Assembly (NCBI GenBank): GCA_030141605.1
Contig: JAQGDQ010000793.1
Location: 1 to 64,000 of the forward strand
Reading direction: 5' to 3'
Source of the DNA: Tubiluchus corallicola
Taxonomy: Eukaryota > Animalia > Priapulida
DNA length: 64,000 nt
Shown in pieces: positions 55,742 to 64,000 of this stretch. A model generated the notes under the pieces. It searched no databases and was not told the DNA's origin. It worked only from the letters and a program-made list of their open reading frames with translations. Position 1 is the stretch's first letter; each line of letters opens with the position of its first letter. The position numbers were made by a program, and so were the translations under genes.

Positions 55742-56415
55742 CTCATTTGTTAATGTGCATTAATAGGTAGTACCAATTACTGATAAGTTAGCAAACCCTC
55801 ATTTGTTAATGTACATTAATAGGTAGTACCAATTACTGATAAGTTAGCAAACCCTCATTTGTTAATGTACATTAATAGGTAGTACCAATTACTGATAAGT
55901 TAGCAAACCCTCATTTGTTAATGTACATTAATAGGTAGTACCAATTACTGATAAGTTAGCAAACCCTCATTTGTTAATGTACATTAATAAGTAGTATGCA
56001 TTACTGATAAGTTAGCAAACCCTCATTTGTTAATGTACATTAATAGGTAGTACCAATTACTGATAAGTTAGCAAACCCTCATTTGTTAATGTACATTAAT
56101 AGGTAGTACCAATTACTGATAAGTTAGCAAACCCTCATTTGTTAATGTACATTAATAAGTAGTACCAATTAGTGATAAGTTAACAAACCCTCATTTGTTA
56201 ATGTGCATTAATAAGTAGTACCAATTACTGATGAGTTAACAAACCCTCATTTGTTAATGTACATTAATAAGTAGTATGCATTACTGATAAGTTAACAAAC
56301 CCTCATTTGTTAATGCACATTAATAAGTAGTATGCATTACTGATAAGTTAACAAACCCTCATTTGTTAATGTACATTAATAAGTAGTACCAATTACTGAT
56401 AAGTTAGCAAACCCC
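55742..56415. repeat. 56-bp minisatellite x12
   Basis: CTCATTTGTTAATGTACATTAATAGGTAGTACCAATTACTGATAAGTTAGCAAACC. Confidence 0.96.
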
Positions 56416-57396
56416 GTCCTTCGTACATTGTAAACCTGATAATGACATTGTCTGAAGCCCCAATACCGGATCTTTGGGTTGTCTGAAGCCCCAATAGCGG
56501 ATCTTTGGGTGGTCTGAAGCGCCAATACCGGATCTTTGGGTTGTATTGCAATATATTTATGCCCATTATGATACTAATGTTAATTTATTATTGAAAAACG
56601 TTTGCATATTCTCCCACTTGTATGTAATAGCCAATTAGGTACCAAACTGTAAGGATATTTTTTACGAAAATTACCGACCATCGTTATCTCTTGTTCTATG
56701 CTCAGCTGTATAGCTTGTCGACTGTATTTGTCTCGTATGTTCTATGCTCAGCTGTATAGCTTATCGACTGTATTTGTAAAACGAAACGTGTTTATGAAAT
56801 CTAATTCTTTCGTAATAGAAGTTAGAAAAAGAAATTTTTCCTGATTTGTTTATTGTTTATCTAGAGCGATGAGCTTTTTTGCGGTTTCGTTGCGCGCACT
56901 CGCAGTTGCTGTAGGTCAGTATCGCGTCGTAACTACAACCGTCACGTGACATGTGGGTAAAGCAAAGCCGTCAGACACATTAGTTCAGTAACTTCAGTTG
57001 TTTTGCGTGGACTTTACTTAATTATGCGTTAGTCTGTGCGTAGAGTGATTTACTAGCAGGATCTTGCTTGAGAACAAGCAAAAAATGAACTAGGTAAGGT
57101 TCTAGCTAGCTGTTAAAATTGTTATTATTACAATAGCATGGGCTGTGAGGCGTTGTCAAGTGTACACAAATGCGTTGTCTGGTACACTTAACCTTTGACC
57201 TTTTCACGATCATCATCAATCGCTGGAACTCTGAAAAGGCTTACTTACATTCGTTAAGAAACCACTATCTGCTGTGATTTCTGTCTGTGTCGGTTGAGTA
57301 ACAGCTGTCCTCAGATTCCTGAAAGGAAACTCCATCGTTACATTGACAACAATCTCCAAGACTACAGCAGATCGCACACATACCACATACGCGCGG

Positions 57397-57606
57397 ACTC
57401 TCTCTCTCTTTCTCCCCTCTCTCTCTCTCTCTCTCTGCCTCTCTTTCTCTCTCCCTCTCTCTCCGTCTCCCTCCCCTCTCTCTCTCTCTCTGCCTCTCTT
57501 TCTCTATCTCTCTCTCCCTCTCTCTCTCTCTCCATCTCTCTCTCTCTTTCTCCCCTCTCTCTCTCTCTCTTTCTCCCCCCCCCTCTCTCTCCCTCTCTCT
57601 CTCTCT
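57397..57606. repeat. (CT)n-rich microsatellite
   Basis: Direct inspection. Confidence 0.95.
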
Positions 57607-57825
57607 TGACAATAGTTGCAGTTAAAACTTGAAATTGATTTTACATCTATGAACATTTATAGCCAAACGTGATGATTCCAATCTTGGGATGAACAACATT
57701 ACACGGATCAATGCACTTTTTTCTTAAGCAAAGCTAAGACGGCGCTTTTTGAAGTTTTCCAAGCTTGCAAAACAAGAAATCATGTTTAAATTTTGTATAT
57801 ATATGCATATGTATTGATTATATAC

Positions 57826-57831
57826 TTTATT
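57826..57831 (-). terminator. Candidate mLST8 polyadenylation signal
   Basis: AATAAA on the minus strand about 170 nt after the stop codon. Confidence 0.5.
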
Positions 57832-57999
57832 TACAAAATCTAGCATATCACTAAATCAATGTCATTAACAAAGATAACAACAATACGAAAAAGAATATAG
57901 CCGAATGTGTAACACGTCGCACACGAGTCTAATATAGACTCGCCCTCCACACGAGTGCAAATAAGCTGTAGTAGCAACAAGAATTTGCAACGGAAACGG

Positions 58000-60900
58000 C
58001 TACTGCAGCATTCCGTCGCTGAAAGCCAGCGCAACGATCGCTTTTTGGTGTCCATTGTACTCCCTCTTCACGTCTTGACCTTCCACGCTCCACAGCCGTG
58101 CCGTGTTATCGGAAGAGGCTGAAATATCAAATTGATACGTTTTTTGCACACACTCTCCAAAAGTTTTGAGAAGATGCTCGCAAAAGTCCGCGAGTGATTT
58201 TTTGTTAATAATGAACGGCATTAAAACGAAACCAAATGTGTGCTTGCATACAAACATCGCCATAACACAGGGGTGTGCAAATTATCTGACTAGCCGGGCC
58301 ACATTAAACTTTCTCACAATTCCTGTGGGCCACAGGCAGTTTGATGAAGGACCAAGTACAGAAAGGCCTAATAACGATTTTTTTGCGTCCGACCTGCGCA
58401 CATCATTACTACTACACTCAAGAAACTATTTTAGAAGTTATTAAAATTTATATTACAAACCATATATTTCTACTTTCAGGACAGATAGTGGTAATTTCAT
58501 TACAATGCATATTAGTAATGTGTATCGTACAGTCTGAGTAGTACAGTGTTATTAAGCTACAACCGTCTTGTAAGGGTTAATGGCATCCGATCTAGTAGAA
58601 AAAACTACCCGCACTATCTTTGGGATCGTGGCACGGAGTACAGCTGGATACACTCAATTAATCGCCCAGGCCGCACTTTCATTAGGTTGACAAATCTCTT
58701 CGCGGGCCGCACAAATTCTCTCCGCCGGCCACAAGTGGCCCGCGGGCCGCAATTTGCACACCCCTGTCATAAAGCATAAAAGTAAACACATTTTCCGAGG
58801 AGAAAACGAACTTCTTCTAAAATGTGATACCCTCAAACTTTGGAGTTCCAGGCTATAGCCTGGTTACCCTATTGCAGGGATGAGAATTTTCCGCGGATAC
58901 ACGGAATTCCAAGTTTTTGGAAGACCAGTAGTGCCATTTTTGTAAATCACGTAAATTCGTTGAGAAAATTTTATGGACCCAGTACATTATTTCACAAGCT
59001 GACCGCTAGTTGGCAGGCCGTCACTTTGTTTACATCACGTACATCAGTGTAACCACGTGTATATCTCTATGTATAAAAATGTAGAATCAATTGTGCGGAG
59101 TTAATTGAGTCAATTACAGACAGTTTTTATATACTTTTGCATAAGAGCAGCCACAGTACTTGGGCGTTTTTGAGACAATTAGGTATCATGTATCCTTGAT
59201 AGTTGTGTAATTTAAATTATGTATGAAACAAGGTAATTGATATTTTAAGTCCACTTAGAGGCCACAAAATTGCAATTTGTTGCTGGCTCCAAGGAGGTTT
59301 CGCCCCCCTTGAACCCCCACGGGGGTCTACGCGGCTCCCAAACCTCTGACCTGTTTCAGGGTTTTTTGCAATTTGTCATTCTCATCCCTGCTATTGGTTA
59401 ATCCCCCCCCCCCCCCCCCGTTCTTACCTGTGAAAATGTACTGCGAATCACCGCTGAAAGCGCAGTCCCAAACCCAGCGCTGACTTGAGCACTTCAGTTC
59501 CGTCATTAAGCTAAAGTCTGCAGTCTTCCATATCTTCGCGGTTTGATCGGCAGACGTCGTAGCCAACAGCCTGAAACGTTTAGAAAAGCCGAGTGCAGGT
59601 AACGGCAACTATCGTTTTACCGATGTTCTTTGAGCTTTGACTACTCGGAGCGATAAAAAACTTACTCTTACATTCTCGCTAATAGGAAGCAACGTTCTCA
59701 CAAGGTTGTACAAAATATAGTTACACTCGTATCTCGGTTTGCCGGTCTCGCTTTTATACGGATATCGGAAAATTCGAACGAAATCTGGTCCGTATAAAGC
59801 CCCGCATGTTACGGACACAGTCCGGGTTTTGCGAGCTGACTGCTAGTGGGCGGGCCGTCACTTTGTTTACATCCCAGCAGCATGCAACAACACATGTGGC
59901 TTGTATGTCAGCATGTTCATTGCTTTAATCAGCATGTAAGTGGTTTAGCACCAATTATGTGGAGTTATTTGAGACAATTACCGACAGTTTTATATACTTT
60001 TGCACAGAAGCGGCCAGTACTTGGGCGTTTTTGAGACAATTAGATGATTGATTCTACATTACCGTGAGTCTAATATGTCAGGAGCGGCCCATACTATAAG
60101 TTTCTTGAAACAATTAGGTGATTGATTTTGCATCACCGTGAGTCTAATACACGGCACCTACCGAATTAGCTTAGTATCGTTAAATGCAGACAATCGGCAA
60201 AGTCGGACCGACGTCTCCCCACCATTGTCCGGACCGACGTCTCCCCACCATTGTCCGGACCGACGTCTCCCCACCTTTGTCGGGACCGACGTCTCCCCAC
60301 CTTTGTCCGGACCGACGTCTCCCCACCATTGTCCGGACCGACGTCTCCCCACCATTGTCCGGACCGACGTCTCCCCACCATTGTCCGGACCGACGTCTCC
60401 CCACCTTTGTCCGGACCGACTTCTCCCCACACGTCTCCTCACCTTTGTCCGGACCGACGTCTCCTCACCTTTGTCCGGACCGACGTCTTCCCACATTTGT
60501 CCGGACCGACGTCTTCCCACATTTGTCCGGACCGACGTCTCCCCGCCTTTGTCCGGACCGACGTCTCCCCGCCTTTGTCCGGACCGACGTCTCCTCACCT
60601 TTGTCCGACAAACAGAGACATGAGTGTAGGCAAAACAAACTCTTACGTGCAGTCTGGACTAAACTTGCACTTTAGCGCGTAACGCTTGTGTGCTTCGATC
60701 TTCGTCTTGAAGCGAGCTTGCGTACAGCCGTTTGAACCGCTCAGCGTCCATACATAACAATTACCCTGCAAAATAAAGTTTTTAACATATCTTCCTTACG
60801 TTGCTGAATATATGAATAAATTAGTTAAAAAATTAAAAAGGGAACTAAAAAGTGGACAATTTACTTTGAAACTCGTCAAATCACCATGCATCCAGTTCTT

Positions 60901-63900
60901 CTACGAATAAATCAGTTAAAAAATTAAAAAGGGAACTAAAAAGTGGACAATTTACTTTGAAACTCGTCAAATCACCATGCATCCAGTTCTTTTACGAATA
61001 AATCGGTTAAAAAATTAAAAAGGGAACTAAAAAGTGGACAATTTACTTTGAAACTTATCAAATCACCATGCATCCAGTTTTCTACGAATAAATCAGTTAA
61101 AAAATTAAAAAGGGAACTAAAAAGTAGACAATTTACGTTGAAAACAAAAGTCCCTTATATCCGAGTACCTTATAAATGAAGATTTTTACATAGGAAAAAC
61201 GTACGAAAAATTGGGACCGGTATTGGTGGTCCCTAATAAGCGAATGTCCCTTATAAGCGAGCATGTTATACCCAAGGTGGACTGTACGTGCACACTGGAC
61301 ATTCATTAATTCATCATAGAGCCTCCGCTTGACCGCATGAAAGCTCCAATTTGAACAAATCTGTCTGATTGGCTTAAAACGGGCCCTGCCGGATGGCTTC
61401 TCTAGTTACAACTCACCTTGTTATTAACGGCTGCCAGGTAGGAAGCCTCCAAATCAATGGCCACGGATTGAACAGACGCATCTGCTTCCGACACGAGAGG
61501 TTCGTTGTGGTTCGTGCGCACGTCCCAAAAATGTATTGTTCCGCTCTGGTCACCCACGATCAGTTCACCCTGCCGTGAGAAGTCATTCTTTAGTTTTTAT
61601 TTAGGATTGGATCTGAACAACATGATTTAGGATCCTCACCACAACAGACTTTACACACTATTTACAAGAACATTTACAGTAAGAATAGACTATAACTACA
61701 CAAGCTGACAAGTTTTACTACAAGATTACATTAGACATTAGTAACATTTACAGTAAGAATACACTATAACTACACAAGCTGACAAGTTTTACTACAAGAT
61801 TACATTAGACATTAGTAGAAAATGACGGTTAGAAAATATTAATGTACGAATATTTAAGACTGATGCATTTCATATCAGATAGAAACTACTGGAAGCGTTT
61901 AGTACGTAATATAAAGTCATGTATGCATTGGAATATTTTACAGTTAGCAAGAAAGTTAAATTCATCCTTTCCGAATAATAACAACTTCAACAGATCATTA
62001 TTTCCTAAGGCAGCTATATTAAGGTTTTCGGGCAGAAGTATTTCATTTAGTTTATCAAACATAACAACCCTAGTTTGTTGATACAGTTGTTGTTAGAAAA
62101 AGTGTCAATTTACAAATATGGACACAGCTCTCTGAATCAATCTCTGGAATTCTAAGCGAGTTTCTACCTCCCTTAACGTTCAAAGCGCAAAGGAAAGGTG
62201 CCAACGATCAACCGATTTGCCTGTCGGTGTCGCCATCTACTAAAATTTCCATTGAGCTAACAAAAGCTAGGGCAACTTTAACTAAAAGACTCGCGCAAAC
62301 ACGCACCTGGTTGGGATGTATAATCACACAGGTAACAGGTGCATTCACCTGGAAAATTCTCTGACATTGCGAATTCCTAGACCTGCAAACAGGTAAAAAA
62401 ATATTGATCAAAATGCAAAGTTACACATCATAACAACGTACACAAAGCACATTCAAAATTAATAATTAGGGAGAAGTGAATAGCAGAGTGTCTACGGCAT
62501 GTATATTTAGCATTAGCAGTTAGGCAGTGCCAAGTCTGGTGGTAAAAAAATGGATGACTACTGTAACATAACATTGTAACATATATAACAATATGTAACA
62601 ATGTTGCATTGTTACAACTAACCTAATCCTACTAATTCCCATCTCCTGCACTCTCCACTATCATTCCATCATTTTTACCTTCCCTTTTTTGCACTCTAAC
62701 ATCAGCACCATCAATTGCATTGCAGTCACACAAGTAATGCTTCTGACTATAATGCAATCGACAATTTATATAGACATGCCATGTCGATTTTATTATGAAA
62801 TTAATATAACTATGTATACCATGTTATCATAATGTATTTTGCTACATTTTATTGTCGTTTGGTGTTTTTGTAATAAAAAATAAAATAAATAAACATTATG
62901 ACAATTAGGAAATAAACAAAACTAAACTAAACTAAACCTGAGGTCCCAGATCCGCGCACAACAGTCCTCACCGCCGGTGAACATCCACTTTCCATCGCCG
63001 TGAAATCCGACGGCGGTTACGTTCTTCGAAATGCCCTCGTAGTTAACTACCGGATTCGTGTTTCCGGAAACCACGTCGTACATGCGGACGTGGTGATGAC
63101 CTTGAAACAGCAGAAGATGGCTTTAATTAAAGGAAAAGACAAGTAATTTAGCACGTTTGGGTTCGTTTTACCGTTTTTACTTAAACTTAGAAAAAATGTA
63201 ACAAAAAACTTGTAAAAACTGTCTATGAAGCATAAAATTAACATAATTTTAATAGATAATAATAATAATTTTAATAATAATAATGATAATAATAATAATA
63301 ATAATAATAATGGCAACAACAACAATAATGATGATGATAATAATAGTAGTAGTAGTAGTAGTAGTAATAATAATAACAACAACAACAATAATAATAATGA
63401 TAATAATAATAATAACAATAATAATAACAACAATAATAATAATAATAGTAATAACAACAACAATGATAATAAAAATAATAATAATAGCAACAATAACAAC
63501 AACAATGATGATGATGATGATGATGATGATAATAATAATAATAATAATAATAACAACAACAATAATAATAATAATAACATTTTAATAATCTAATTAATAA
63601 AATTAATTTATGGTGTACAGAAATTTTCGAGCACGGTGGTCAAACTTCTGCGGCTTACCTAATGTTCACGCAAAAAAAAAATCACAAAATCAGCTTTGTG
63701 CCCGAAAGTGTGACATTTTACGGGAACAGACTCGGCCTTTTAAATTCAGACAGTTCCTTTGCGGATGTCCCGGCTCCGCTACGAAACTCGACAGTTATTC
63801 CACTTCTACTGAATGTAAAAACGGTTCACGCCATGCAGTGCCAGACGGCTTGCATGTGGCAAATATTTATTGTTTACTCACCGGCAGCGGCAATCATCTG

Positions 63901-63933
63901 TCTGTCCGGAGTAATTTCCAAGGCATTCACTTG
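58000..63933 (-). CDS. MLST8: mLST8/GbetaL TOR-complex WD40 subunit, partial gene; exons 63933-63882, 63100-62938, 62382-62307, 61569-61417, 60765-60647, 59570-59428, 58118-58000
   Basis: [95 protein letters not shown]; all phases consistent; first exon lies beyond the window. Confidence 0.95.
58268..58766 (-). mobile_element. hAT/Charlie-like MITE
   Basis: TIR CAGGGGTGTGCAAAT / ATTTGCACACCCCTG, GGCCCGCGGGCC subterminal motifs, degenerate 8-bp TSD (CCATAACA / TCATAAAG). Confidence 0.8.
58875..59390 (+). mobile_element. hAT-like MITE with 6-bp TSD (CTATTG)
   Basis: Perfect TIR CAGGGATGAGAAT / ATTCTCATCCCTG. Confidence 0.85.
59724..60626 (+). mobile_element. CACT-terminal element carrying ~15 x 26-bp internal repeats
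   Basis: TA|CACTCGTATCTCGGTTTG ... CAAACAGAGACATGAGTG|TA; array GGACCGACGTCTCCCCACCTTTGTCC at 60205-60606. Confidence 0.75.
60815..61143. repeat. ~91-bp tandem repeat x3.5
   Basis: AAAATTAAAAAGGGAACTAAAAAGTGGACAATTTAC recurs. Confidence 0.9.
61880..62080 (-). mobile_element. Probable CR1-type LINE 3' relic
   Basis: Minus frame reads ...[34 protein letters not shown], resembling CR1 ORF2 ends. Confidence 0.5.
63256..63578. repeat. Compound (AAT/AAC/GAT/AGT)n microsatellite
   Basis: Direct inspection. Confidence 0.95.
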
Positions 63934-64000
63934 CTAAATTATCAACTAAGAAAAAATGTTTAAAATTATGATGTTTAGCTAAATAAAAAAACTGCATTAA

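Noticed and set aside
63047-63593. Poly-Leu, poly-Asn and poly-Ile ORFs (also poly-His at 48410-48760)
   Set aside because: Translations of intronic trinucleotide microsatellites.

Overview
AT-rich, repeat-dense genomic DNA from an invertebrate animal; the taxon is inferred from the three-PHD NURF301 architecture and the transposon types. Three intron-containing genes can be reconstructed by hand with consistent splice phases. (1) The 5' part of a MARF1/Limkain-b1 NYN-ribonuclease gene lies on the minus strand (9385 to 3850). (2) A complete BPTF/NURF301 gene lies on the plus strand (11847-54831, 28 predicted coding exons, about 2,690 aa), head-to-head with MARF1. (3) Most of mLST8 lies on the minus strand (63933 to 58000), convergent with BPTF. 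The most striking anomaly is the fifth MARF1 coding exon, which carries a conserved NYN active-site Asp. It lies on the opposite (+) strand at 1993-2159, in the loop of a near-perfect inverted repeat of at least 860 bp (1-863 / 2544-3407). This could be a real inversion, a fold-back duplication, a trans-splicing locus or an assembly artefact. Introns hold many non-autonomous DNA transposons (hAT-like with 5-, 6- and about 8-bp TSDs, piggyBac-like, Tigger-like, CACT-terminal), SINE, LINE and LTR relics, and more than 15 different minisatellites. Most long ORFs in the supplied track are repeat artefacts.
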